From: Ginkgo biloba | Taxonomy: Eukaryota; Plantae; Ginkgophyta | Assembly: GCA_024626585.2 (NCBI GenBank) | Contig: JANKJI020000002.1 | Location: 103,207,306-103,237,870, forward strand | Direction: 5' to 3' | Length of the DNA: 30,565 nucleotides | Part shown: piece after piece, positions 1-12,084 of the stretch | Numbering within the stretch: the first letter of the stretch is position 1 | Layout of the letters: the number at the start of each line of letters is the position of its first letter | Made by a program: the position numbers and the translations under genes | The notes under the pieces: generated by a model | The model's input: only the letters and a program-made list of their open reading frames with translations | What the model was told of the DNA's origin: nothing | Database searches by the model: none

Positions 1-559
1 ATTATGACTATTATGATAAATTACTAATGGACACAAGGATGCCTTCAAACAACTATGTTTGGCACAAATGCAAAAGCTTAAAAGGGGTTGGAATCAATAA
101 TTTAAGAAGATGCATAGGAGATATGATCTATACCCACTACCACAAAGATATCCACCTAGTATATATCAATATGACATGCCTATAGTTGATATTTTTTAAT
201 ATGGTATGGATTATGAACTAAGACCTATGCAATATCCTCCCCCATATTCATCACTATATTACCCTCATCGTTAAGCTTCATACCCTCTTATGGCTAGTTA
301 GTATTATGGTGATTCTATAGGACAACCTAATTAATATCAACCTCCCCCTCCATATATACTTAATTAATATCAATAGTATAGGCCTTTTATCCCACTATAA
401 AACCCACTATGATAGCATAATCCCCAACTTATGTTACCTAATTAAGTTGTCCCCAACTTGACAAGTAATAAACATTTGCATCATTCATATTCTATTGATT
501 TAAGAAAATAACCTTATTATTATTATAATCTTATTATTCTCTAATACCCAACAATGTAC

Positions 560-892
560 AAATATTTATCTTAGATTAGGTAGATTAGTGGTGGGAGTTA
601 CACCTCATGGAGATAAAAATAAAGAAAAAATGATTATACATGAGCTACAAGAACTAATAGTTATCCCTCTGGTTGAAGATGCACTTAAAATTTCCTATCC
701 TTAGAGGTTGGAAGAAAAAGAATATTAAAAGGAATAAGAAAAGTTTAACTTTTCTAATGATATAAATTATATATTTGTCAAGATTCCATTATCTCATGTA
801 GTTAAGGATATGTTGATCTATGCTAAACATGCAAGGGGCCTCTACTCTAAAACTAAATAAGAAGAGGGACCCACTAAAAATCAGTGTAGTCA
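560..892 (+). pseudogene. Athila-like Ty3/gypsy gag-protease linker remnant
   Basis: Read-through translation gives KISYP*RLEEKE...KFNFL...FVKIPLSHVVKDMLIYAKHARGLYSK...KKRDPLKISVV. This matches the Athila-type PFPERL...VKIPLLQAIKDIPIYAK..KELC..K.KDP.TI.V segment that precedes the protease. Positions 1-560 may be more gag but are not recognisable. Confidence 0.6.
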
Positions 893-894
893 GT

Positions 895-1149
895 GCCACT
901 TCAGATATGAAAGAGTAGTAATATGTAAAAGTAGGATCAATATAAAATTTGAATTATATGTTAGGAGTGAAGCTAGGTTGCCCTTATATACACAAAATAA
1001 GCTTCCTTAGCCTTAATTATAGCTTAATTTCTAGTGTGGTAACTTTTTGCAAACCTAATCTACCACATGTCTCTTAACTAAGAAACATAAGTAATAATAG
1101 TTATATCATAATTGACCATAACCATTCATAATGGTTTGGGGACATAACA
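895..1149 (-). mobile_element. Truncated 3' LTR of a gypsy element
   Basis: On the minus strand it begins TGTTATGTCCC at 1149, immediately after a polypurine tract. It contains a TATA-like TGTATATAAGGG. The left end abuts the Athila-like fragment and is approximate. Confidence 0.5.
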
Positions 1150-1243
1150 TGCCATCCCCACTTAAGATGCTTCACCCTCGAAGCATAGGTCTTTAAGGTT
1201 TGTATGCACTACTCCAAATCTAAGACTTCCACATAAGGACCAT
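1150..1243 (-). mobile_element. End of gypsy pol (integrase/chromodomain tail) plus polypurine tract
   Basis: The minus strand reads ...HTNLKDLCFEGEAS* and then AAGTGGGGATGGCA directly followed by TG, the canonical pol-end/PPT/LTR junction. Confidence 0.5.
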
Positions 1244-2457
1244 NNNNNNNNNNNNNNNNNNNNNNNNNNNNNNNNNNNNNNNNNNNNNNNNNNNNNNNNN
1301 NNNNNNNNNNNNNNNNNNNNNNNNNNNNNNNNNNNNNNNNNNNGTATATAATTGTATACAATTTTTAAAATCTTTAATTTAAAACCCCCCTTGTATAACG
1401 CACGTGGTATGTACAAAAAACCCTTAATGACCCCCTAGGGTATTATGTGACATCCCCCTATGTAACTTCTCAAGTTTACCTTATAGTTAACCTACCAAGG
1501 TGTTAATATCATATACATATCCCTTTTATATAAAGTTAAAAAGGGGTATTATTTAATATTATGTCATTATAACACCTTCATCCTTACTCTACCTCATGGA
1601 AGGGGTTTTCATCATGGAAAACTTTCTTTTTGAAGATTACTTAAGGAGTTATGTCATAAAGTATAAAACATTATAAGCCTTTCTTCATCTTGGCATTACA
1701 TCATTCAAGTGGTTATACCATTTATTCTTAAGACTATTTGCTAACGGAAAGGATAATAGAGGGAATAAGGTTTTCACATTCATTCTATGATACTAAATTC
1801 CACTTAATTTAATCATTCACACATATTCTCTCTTAATATTGTATCTATGCTTTCGTTCTTCATTTTTCCTTGTGCATGTTTATATTATTTTATTATTACT
1901 TTTGCATAAATAACTCCCCACCTTAATAAAGCATTTGATATGTTATGACATTAGCATGGTCTTATTTATGTCATGAGGTTGGAAAATTTTCCATAACACT
2001 TACAAAAAATACTGATGGTAGAAACATGGTTTGTAATTATAGACCTTACTATAATGTCACATCTTTTTCTCACTTTAAAATTTATACATAACTCAGTCAT
2101 AGGTTCCTAAGACTTAACATTTTACTAAATTTGGATGAATTAACCATAATCCAAAAACATTATTTAATCAATCTAATAATGTAATTTGAAATCCCATTAT
2201 ACAAAGATTTTGAATCATCAAAGATCTTAGAAATAAATTATATTATTGAGATGGACAATTCATCAAAAGTTTAATAGATTTTACTCATAACATCTCATTA
2301 TAAAATTATGTGTGATTTTAGAAAATTCATGCTACTTTAATAAATTCCACACCATATAATTTCCTTAACATAGATTATAGGACTTTGGTATTTAAAATTT
2401 AAAATTAGCCATATGGAAAATTGAGCTATGGGGATTAAAACCTCCCAATGGTGATTT

Positions 2458-2523
2458 CTCTAGGACCCTACTAAGGGTGCTACCCTTGTGACCCCACTAA
2501 GGGAGCTACCACTAAGACTCCAT
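2458..2523. repeat. Short degenerate GC-richer tandem repeat (about 26-27 bp unit) running into a gap
   Basis: gaccctactaagggtgctacccttgt / gaccccactaagggagctaccactaa / gactccat. Confidence 0.6.
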
Positions 2524-3056
2524 NNNNNNNNNNNNNNNNNNNNNNNNNNNNNNNNNNNNNNNNNNNNNNNNNNNNNNNNNNNNNNNNNNNNNNNNNNNNN
2601 NNNNNNNNNNNNNNNNNNNNNNNNNNNNNNNNNNNNNNNNNNNNNNNNNNNNNNNNNNNNNNNNNNNNNNNNNNNNNNNNNNNNNNNNNNNNNNNNNNNN
2701 NNNNNNNNNNNNNNNNNNNNNNNNNNNNNNNNNNNNNNNNNNNNNNNNNNNNNNNNNNNNNNNNNNNNNNNNNNNNNNNNNNNNNNNNNNNNNGGATGAA
2801 TTGCTAATCATATTAATAAATTTTAGTATAGATAAATCTATGAACCATAGATTTATAATGGGTGGTAACTAAAAATATATAATAGTTGTTATTTAACAAC
2901 CTTGAGTATCATCGTCATGATATGTAACTAGAACCCACATGGTTTGAAAGTTATATTTCAAGTCTTATATCATGGCATGTATTTATCTCAATATTGACAT
3001 ATTATCAAGCATTGTAATGAACAATAGGAGNNNNNNNNNNNNNNNNNNNNNNNNNN

Positions 3057-3520
3057 CTTATATTTTTTATTAAACAAAGAATGAACTTATAAAGGATATT
3101 CCCTTTAGTCATTATAGTCTTCATCTAGTTTTATTTCCCATAGATTGATCCATTGTCATATAAAAAAGGGCCTGTTGGACAACAAGGAATTTATCCAAAT
3201 GAAATGGACAAGAAGGCAAAGAAAATGGCCAAGTGTTATAATTGGTAAAAGCATATTGATTCATATAAATAGAAGGACTCGTAACAATAAAGTAATTAAC
3301 TAGAACAATGAGCTAATTGGATAGTGACATAATCAAATTTTAAAAAACGAGATAATTTGGTTGTATATGAATTTTGTATGAATATGAGAACTTTGGAGTT
3401 TGAATTTTTCATATTCATAAAGTAGACATTGATAGTTTGGTAGTGATATCTTTTTTTTATAAACCAAAGTTTAGATGCAAAAGTTATGGCCTTAGGAAGT
3501 TGGATTATGTAAAATATCAA
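3057..3520 (+). pseudogene. Possible hAT-type transposase remnant
   Basis: Fragments TKNELIKD, LLDNKEFIQMKW, LDSD and VYEFCMNMR loosely follow the hAT/DUF659-type order (ELIK...; LRL.D...G.IYE). Heavily decayed. Confidence 0.3.
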
Positions 3521-4449
3521 GATAATGAATAATATAGCATAAATTGATAAATGAATACTAAGCTATGAAACAAAAAAAATTGTAAAACAAATTAAAACTA
3601 AGCGATAAAATGAATAAGTTAAATGTTTGTATCCATATTTTTTATGGTTGGCCAGAGCTCATCATGATGGATATTTTTAGCCCATGTTGCCATGTCACAA
3701 ATATGTAGAATCAATATTTTGGGATAGAGGGCATGGACAAGTGGACCCAAAATTATTTCTTAATGTTCTTAATTTAGTTTGGAAATTAGTATGTCTTATG
3801 GAGAAGAGAAAAAATTAATTATTTTCCATGGAAAATTTAGAGGGGGAATGCAGAGGAGTTTTTCTATTATTTCTAGAATACAGAGAGGTAGTTTTTCCCT
3901 TAATGTTTATAAAGAAGAGGGTTTTTTTACTTTATTTTTAAAATAAGGGAAGATGAGACAAAGGTATTATAGAAGGATGTAAAAATTCTAAAGCTATGTA
4001 ATAGTAGGGTAAAACCCATATAATAGTGTGTATTAAAACTTAATAATTTGTTAGAAAAATAATAGAGAATCCTTCATGTATTTATTTCTTATTTTTCCTC
4101 TTACTAGTAAGAGATTGATAAAACTTCAAAAAAATTATTTTATTAACATCTTTTAGTTATTTTTTTTTTTTTTTTTCTCCNNNNNNNNNNNNNNNNNNNN
4201 NNNNNNNNNNNNNNNNNNNNNNNNNNNNNNNNNNNNNNNNNNNNNNNNNNNNNNNNNNNNNNNNNNNNNNNNNNNNNNNNNNNNNNNNNNNNNNNNNNNN
4301 NNNNNNNNNNNNNNNNNNNNNNNNNNNNNNNNNNNNNNNNNNNNNNNNNNNNNNNNNNNNNNNNNNNNNNNNNNNNNNNNNNNNNNNNNNNNNNNNNNNN
4401 NNNNNNNNNNNNNNNNNNNNNNNNNNNNNNNNNNNNNNNNNNNNNNNNT

Positions 4450-5400
4450 GAATTTATAGTAGCAAATACAAGAGTACATGACCTTGATGGCACAAATGGT
4501 TTTCAATAGGAGCCCATTAGCTACTAGTCTGGTTGCAAACCAAATAACTAGTACCTAGGATATGGGACAACCTAATACATGCATATTTTTTTAATAACAT
4601 GAAGGTGGAGACAATAATTGAGCTTGGGCCTTTTGATGGAGAGTTGAATGTAGAAATGATAAATAACTATTTACAAAAGTTAGAAGTCCACTTTGAATGC
4701 CAAGGCTACAAAGAGAAGAAAAATATCATATATGCATGGCTAAAAATAATAAACACTACCTTGCTATGATTGGGGAGTCTCTATGAGAGACATATAATTA
4801 TAGGCACTATTGAAGGAATTGATTAGAAGGAATTTAAGGATTTAGTGAAGAAAAAATGATACCTAATAGGGTATGAATAAGAACTAAACCTTTAGTGTCA
4901 ATATATATGATAAAAACTAGGATATAAAGTGGAATATTACGTTATAAAATTCCATCATTACAATATCAAGTTGAAGGTGGTTGGAAAGGAAAATGATTTA
5001 GTACTCAAGTATATTAGTAGTTTGCACACTAGTCTACAAAAGGAGCTTGAGTTATTTTTTATTAAGGATCTTAATGAAACCTATCAGAAATCCATGGAAA
5101 TGAAATATAATTATTCATGGAAATAAAATCCCTTACTTAAAGATACTTCCTCTTTATCAATAAGTAATATTCAAAATAATGAGAATATGTGGAAAACTCC
5201 ATAAGGGATGAAGAGATAAAATGTATCATCCACTCAATAAAGTAGATCGAGAATTTCTCATAAAACTCTAAAACCTAATATTGCTTATATCCATTACATA
5301 AACATGGGGAATAAGGTTATTAATTATTCCCAAAAATACTCAGATAATTTTCCAAAGTGAAAAATATAAATATAAATAGTGTAAGAGGAAGAAGGTACAA
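4450..5400 (+). pseudogene. gag: Ty3/gypsy (CRM/chromovirus-like) gag, degenerate
   Basis: From the ATG at 4599 it reads MKVETIIELGPFDGELNVEMINNYLQKLEVHFECQGYKEKKNIIYAWLK. It continues *KEFKDLVKKK*YLIGYE*E...KVEYYVIKFHHYNIKL...LKYISSLHTSLQKELELF (ORF 4929-5126), the retrotransposon Gag capsid pattern. A decayed zinc-knuckle region lies near 5280-5350. Confidence 0.85.
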
Positions 5401-5459
5401 CTCTAGTAGGGGACATAAAACATTAGCTTTGATGGTCCATAAGGAAAAATTAAATGAGT

Positions 5460-6034
5460 AGAGAAAAATTATGCTCTTTGTTATAAAAATTCAAATCAAT
5501 AATAGTTTGGTTTCTATAATATTTNNNNNNNNNNNNNNNNNNNNNNNNNNNNNNNNNNNNNNNNNNNNNNNNNNNNNNNNNNNNNNNNNNNNNNNNNNNN
5601 NNNNNNNNNNNNNNNNNNNNNNNNTTTGACCTAGGGAGTCAAAATAATTTAAGTTTGAAGTTATTATTCAATAATTTAGATTATCTATAACCCCACATCC
5701 ATATCCATACAATTTGGGTTGGATTAACAAAATTTTAGAGTAGGTTTCACCAAATAATATAAGTTGACATTTGTTATTATAGTATCATATATTGATAAAG
5801 ATATCTTTATCACGATTCTAGTAAATTTATGTGGAGTTATCTTTCAAAGTTTCTATTAATAGGACTGATATACATAATTCTAAAGGAGGACTAATCAATA
5901 TCAATTGGTTAAAGAAGAGTTTCTTAATCCAATCACAAAAGAATCAAGATCCCTTGCACCCAGTTAAAGTAGCACAAGCCAAGAGGCTTGTAAATGCATC
6001 TCATAAGTTTATTTTGATCTTGTTGCAACTATAG
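5460..6034 (+). pseudogene. pol: Gypsy aspartic protease remnant
   Basis: LFVIKIQINNSLVSIIF[gap]DLGSQNNL (D-x-G-S active site), then TPHPYPYNLGWINK (CRM-type PHPxPYxLxW), CGVIF and VAQAKRLVNASHKFILIL. Confidence 0.85.
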
Positions 6035-6040
6035 AAAGAT

Positions 6041-6370
6041 GAGATAAATAGTTTATCACACAATGAAAATGGTTTGCAACGTAAGAAAAATAATATGCAA
6101 CACAAATCAAATAGTTTTCATGATAAGACAAATGATTTGTAATGCAATAAAAATGGTTTGTATAATGAGACAAAGGGTTTGCAACAAAAGATAAACAGTT
6201 TGAAACATAAGAAAAATGGTTTTTGACACAATAAAAATAGTTTACATGATGTGATAAATAGTTTGAAACATAAGGAAAATGGTTTGCATAATGATAAAAA
6301 TGGTTTATAAATGAGATAAATGGTTTATGAGATAAACAATTTGTATAATGAGATAAATAGAGTATAGAAG
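6041..6370 (+). repeat. Degenerate 21-bp tandem array, about 16 units, in the Pol reading frame
   Basis: Units such as gagataaatagtttatcacac / aatgaaaatggtttgcaacgt / aagataaacagtttgaaacat / aaggaaaatggtttgcataat. One 20-bp and one 16-bp unit give a net change of -6, so the frame is restored. Confidence 0.9.
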
Positions 6371-6555
6371 GAACCAACAATGTTACCACTAAATCAAGTG
6401 CTATCCAAGTATGAAAGTATTTTTTAGGAATCTAATAGGTTGCCTTTGATGTGGACCATCCAACACTACATTAATCTTCAATAAGATTATGTGTTACTAG
6501 AAGATGACATTTTAATTTTTAGCAAGAGTTGGAAAGACCGCTTGCATCTAGATTA
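6371..6555 (+). pseudogene. pol: Pre-RT linker fused to an RT catalytic-motif remnant (internally deleted RT)
   Basis: LNQVLSKYESIF*ESNRLPLMWTIQHYINL corresponds to the ..VF.EP.GLPP.R.I.H.I.L motif. It is followed within about 8 codons by DDILIFSKSWKDRLHL (DD at 6503-6508). Confidence 0.75.
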
Positions 6556-6628
6556 TCTATAACTATTCATAGATTAAAGTACTATTAAAATACTACTAAA
6601 TATTTTATGGGCATTATTTACCATCGAG

Positions 6629-6642
6629 GTGTGTGTGTGTGT
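6629..6642. repeat. (GT)7 microsatellite
   Basis: gtgtgtgtgtgtgt seen directly. Confidence 0.9.
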
Positions 6643-8537
6643 ATAAAATATTTGTGGCATATGAGGTAGCTCTAATTGTATTATAATAATACGTTAATAG
6701 TAGGCTTGCAATTATTATTGCTACTATTTCAGTATGTAGTAAAGACAAATTAGCTTTTTGTAAGTGACTATAACAAGTACTAGTAAAAAGAAAATAATCA
6801 ATGCTCTTTTTGGTCTCTCATGCAAGAAATGTGAACCTTATTTATTTGATGTGGATTACATCCTATACTTTTAAAGTGCACACTTTACTTATAACAATCT
6901 ATTGAAGAAGAATTTTAGGCCATTTTATATAAGATGTTTAAAGGTGTTGTAAGCAATTTGCAAGTATAGATATTCGTTATAGTCCTTATCGTTCACACAT
7001 CAACACTCCATTAATAAAACATGATCCAACATTGAGAAAAACAAGAGCCACGTGATTGAGTCTTTACTTAAAATACTTATATATGTAACTTGCATATATA
7101 ATGTAAAATGAGTAATATATTAAGAATATAAATAATTAAATATATCATTATAGATAGACTTATTTTCACACAAAAAATAAAATAAAATATGTCAATTTAT
7201 AATGTAAATACAATGCCTATAAATTTTCCTATGAAATAGTTAAAAAACTCAAAGCATAATNNNNNNNNNNNNNNNNNNNNNNNNNNNNNNNNNNNNNNNN
7301 NNNNNNNNNNNNNNNNNNNNNNNNNNNNNNNNNNNNNNNNNNNNNNNNNNNNNNNNNNNNTTGTTTGTTTAATTAAATATGTAAAAGCATATTGAATTTT
7401 CACGTAATTTTGTTCAATTAAATACATCAAACAATGCATGTTCAGATGCATCAAATAAATATAATTTATCGTACGAGTAAGGTTAATGCATTCATAGATA
7501 TTATCATAAAATATGTACTTGTAATTCTTAATGCAAGAAAGAGAGAGAGGTTCCAAATAAAGGATTTTTTATTACTTTAAACATAAAAAGAACAATAGTT
7601 AAGAGAAGAATAAAATCTTATAAAATCATTCAGTAGTTTATGAAGTTTCTTGTGCTCCTTCCATGCTTTTAAAAATACTCCCCTAATTTGACTCTTGTAT
7701 AATCGTCTTCACACATAATTTCACATTTGAATTCCAACTCCTCTAGGATATAGATTGAGCATGCTTTTATAGATTGTTATGGGTAGGATTTAGGCCTTTA
7801 TAAGAAGGTATGAAAAAAAGGACCCATTCTCCCTCCACTAGAGGTAAGTGATAAGGATCATTCCTCTTCATATGGGAATGAGGTATAAGGCTTGTTTCTC
7901 CTCAAATGGTATAAAGCGTAGGAATTTATTACAATTTATTAGAATATCTACCCTTTAAATCATTATTGTAGTTAGACTAGAGTTAGGATCATATGTTTGA
8001 ATGAGGTTAATTACAATAACCTTTAACCTTAGTGTTTAAATGAAATATATCACCTCATAATTAGGAACTCATAGCTGTGAGTAGACATAATGATTATATA
8101 TAAATCAATACCTTGTAGTCACAAGTAAGAATTTAATGATTTAGATTAGGCATAATAATAAATTATTGAGTGATAAAATGATTAGCATCATTTGCTTGCA
8201 AATGGAGAGGAAAAATTAAAAAATAAAAAAAAAAAAAGAAGAGAAATATTCATTTATACCTTTTAAAAGAAAAGGAATATTCACATAGAGAATTAGTGGC
8301 CTCTTATCTAAGATCCCTAAGTTACATCATAAAATTTATAGCTAAATTTATAAGAGTAATACAATAAAAACATAAAAAACAACATGTTCTCCATCTAATT
8401 AATGGTCCCACAATATTCTTTAGCTTAATCATAAGTCNNNNNNNNNNNNNNNNNNNNNNNNNNNNNNNNNNNNNNNNNNNNNNNNNNNNNNNNNNNNNNN
8501 NNNNNNNNNNNNNNNNNNNNNNNNNNNNNNNNNNNNN

Positions 8538-9655
8538 ATCCTATAATATTCTTCCAGGTGACTTGAAAAGCCAAAGGTCCTCAAGTAACTACTCATCCTA
8601 ATCTATTGTATATAGCTAGACTATTTTGGTAATAATATTTTCCAATTCCCTATTCACTATCTCTACTTGTCCATTCAACTATGGGTAATAAGGTGTAGAC
8701 TTTTGATATATGAATATATATTTTAATGTAAGGGAATCTACAACCTTATTTATAAAGGGAATCTCTCGATCACTAACTANNNNNNNNNNNNNNNNNNNNN
8801 NNNNNNNNNNNNNGCCAAAATATATGAAAATGTATTTATATAATAAAATGGCTACATTCTTGGCACTTGATTCTTTCATTTATTAGACTTCATTCCATTT
8901 TTTTCATAATAAGTATATACCAAGTTGTGCCTGTTTCCTTTTCTATAAGATGGGTTAATTAGGCCCACAAAATCCAAATCCCATTTTTTAAAAGGTTCTA
9001 ATGTTATTACAAAATGTAAGGGAATTGCTCCAGATTTGGTTAGCTTCCCCATTTTCTAACAAACATCACATGAACAAGTATATTCCTTGGCATACCTAAA
9101 TATCAAAGGCCATTAATAGCCAAACCTTAGGATCTTCTCAGTTATCTTCTTTTCCATAAAATATCCTCCATATTGTTCATCATGGACATCCTTCAAAACA
9201 TTCTACTATTTGTCTTCCCTAAGACATATCCTCATAACATTGTCAATACCTTATTTCTACAAATAGCCATCAACCCATGTATAAGGTGCACTTCTCCTAA
9301 TAATATGCCTCCTTTATTTTCTTAATAAATGGGAAGGGATAACTCATGTTTCCATATAGTTTATAATATCATTAAAATAAGGATATGATAAGTTTACTAT
9401 AAACAAATATTAATCAAAAAATTTATCTTCCATAGATCCATCACTTACTTCCCTCAAAATCCTTGATAGGTGGTATGCAACCACATTATCCCTTCCATAT
9501 CTATCCATGATATCAATGCAAAATTCATATAGGATAAGTATACATATAATAATTCACATGTTATTTGTAGGCTTATTAATAATATAACCTCCATATGATC
9601 AATATACACAAAAACTATAAAACATTTTATATAATTTCTAAATCTATTCACAATA
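8538..9655 (-). pseudogene. pol: Athila-like gypsy pol: RNase H end and integrase (zinc-binding plus core)
   Basis: Minus strand motifs in order: NRFRNYIKCFIVFVYIDH; YTWVDGYL; DVHDEQYGGYF..KILRFGY*WPLIFRYAKEYTCSCDVC*KMG; LEPFKKWDLDFVGLINP; FG..VSDREIPF; KSTPYYP*LNGQVEIVNRELENIITKIV. Confidence 0.9.
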
Positions 9656-11081
9656 AAGATTACTACAAAAAAATATTTTCAATGACTATATATTTATGCT
9701 CTATGGATCTTTTTTTTTTTTTTTAANNNNNNNNNNNNNNNNNNNNNNNNNNNNNNNNNNNNNNNNNNNNNNNNNNNNNNNNNNNNNNNNNNNNNNNNNN
9801 NNNNNNNNNNNNNNNNNNNNNNNNNNTTTGTATAACTAGGTTCATTTACTCAATTCTCAAGAAAAAAATAAAAATATTTAGAGTTTTGTTCTTATTTTAG
9901 TTATGTGAGAAATTGTATGAGTTATTTATTCATTAATACGTGAAACTTTCTTATGTGGAATTTTTTCTTTGCATGTGAGGTGAAGCTCATCTTCTCCATT
10001 TCTAAATTTTTCCTAACAAATGTTATTAGGAAAACCTACAATCTATGCTTGTGAATTATTATCTAACATTCCCCCATTTTCATGTGTCATTTTCATCAAA
10101 TATCATTTTAGTATATCCCATATAATGCTAATCATGCTACTAATGAGCTAGTTCCTAATACCCTATAATGGTACTAGCATCAATATTTTTGAAAATTGCA
10201 CAAATATTTTCCTTATTAATGGTTATAGAGGATATAGGTCCCTATAATCATATTTTCATCTTAAAATAGATCATTGCGATCTAATGCATCATAGGTTTAT
10301 CCATAACATATTGATAGTGTTATCCAACATACATTCTTATTTCTTCTTCCATTATTAATGGTATTATACCTTGCCTAAATTTAAGTCACTCGGCTAGTTT
10401 CTATAATACTCATCATTATCATGCTTGGTATTTATAATCACTTACAAGTTAAGAGATATTTTAGGACTACCAAATTACATTCTTTATATAAAAAAAAATT
10501 CACTCTTCAGTCTACTACTAATAATCTCCATATTAAAAGTAATAAAAATAAAATTAAATCTTTCTTACAATCATTATAGATCCTTTTCCTAGTGATTATT
10601 ATAGCATATAAGGTAGGATATCTCACCTAATGCATCAATAAAATCTATCATATATGATCCTAGGTTCATACAGATCAATGCCCATTCCATCTATCACTCA
10701 GTATATATATTAAGCCAGGATTTGAGGATGTCAATATCCCAAAATCTAAACTCATACCAATTTTGTAGTTATTTTTCATATAATACATTATTGTACGCGT
10801 AGGGAACCATTTCATATAGAAATGTAGAGATTTTATTTTTACCATTTTATTTATTATACATGTAGTAATAAATTCCTATCACTACTTTATCATAAGTATT
10901 AGCTCTCTACAATCTTAATACTGATGAATCCTAAACTCAATGATTATATTATGCATTAGGGAAAGGTTAATCATAGTTGGGNNNNNNNNNNNNNNNNNNN
11001 NNNNNNNNNNNNNNNNNNNNNNNNNNNNNNNNNNNNNNNNNNNNNNNNNNNNNNNNNNNNNNNNNNNNNNNNNNNNNNNNN

Positions 11082-11372
11082 TTTGAGGTTTATTGGGCTT
11101 AGGTAAGACCCATTGTGATTTTGGAGCTATATATTGCTATATTATAGATTTGTGATGTGGATATTGGCTACATTTTGCATCTATTTTGTGTACTCTATTA
11201 TTACTCTACAATTTAGAGCACTACACTAATATCCTACATTAGACATTTTGGATTTTATGTCAATAAAATTCATGTCCAAATAAATCTCTAAANNNNNNNN
11301 NNNNNNNNNNNNNNNNNNNNNNNNNNNNNTTTCTCATTTGTTGGTCAATCCCATTAAACTACATTTGGTATC
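11082..11372 (+). mobile_element. Probable 5' LTR 3' end with truncated tRNA-iMet primer-binding site
   Basis: ...CTACA-TT-TGGTATC (CA at 11362-11363, TGGTATC at 11366-11372). Upstream are TATA-like and AATAAA motifs. The PBS is only 7 nt and no gag follows. Confidence 0.4.
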
Positions 11373-12084
11373 TTCTAATTTTATTCTTAATTGATTTAAG
11401 TCTAGTATCTCCTCATATATTTGCATAATGATGTGTCTCCATGTTGCATCACCAATTTTATAGAAAATCATTCCACCCCTCTCTATCAAGTTTCATGATT
11501 TAAAGTGCTTTTAATACACTTAATAGTTTTTGGCAATACTTATGATCACCTTACCCGAAGGAGCATCCAATAGATTATAAACTTTAAATCATATCATAAG
11601 AGAGAAATGATTATATATATCATCAACATTAGTAACTTTTTTTAAAAAATTTTATATCATTATTTTCTTTATATAAGGTCATTGTATGTCATATTTTAAT
11701 TTCCAAATTATATCCATCAGGCTAGGACCTATCTAAAATTTAAGATTAATAATATAATTTCTAGCTACTAAGGTTAGGTCTTATCCAACCCTTTAAGATA
11801 ATAATTATGAGTATGGGACATGCCTGCCTCACACAATTATATTATAGAAGAAAATGGTAAGTTTGTGTTTACAATAGGTTAGGATATGTTTCTCAATGAT
11901 TCCTCTTTTTCCTTTTACATTATGATGTCAACACTAGAACTATATTAATTTAATAAAGAATCTATCCATATAGACCCAAATTTATCTATATAGTTGAAAT
12001 AATCCTAGAATCCATTTTAAGAAGTTAAGTACTAAAGTACATCATCCATTCAATAATATACCACCCTCATTCTTTAGGTGACAA

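Noticed and set aside
3540-4150. 5' LTR of the gag element at 4450
   Set aside because: It has LTR-like composition and ends ...TAACA, but there is no PBS or second LTR copy to support it.
4160-4176. Poly-T runs (also 9710-9724) as retroposon poly(A) tails
   Set aside because: Both sit at contig ends next to gaps, so no element body or target-site duplication can be verified.
6041-6370. CRISPR-like array
   Set aside because: The units are contiguous and degenerate, with no unique spacers and no cas genes, in a eukaryotic TE context.
6009-6389. 126-aa minus-strand ORF (NHLSHY-like repeats) as a real gene
   Set aside because: It is the antisense read of the 21-bp array. The + frame is continuous with flanking Pol motifs, and repeat-derived antisense frames are often open by construction.
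10050-10980. Possible DNA-transposon coding remnant on the minus strand
   Set aside because: Only short peptide-like runs; no diagnostic motif recognised.
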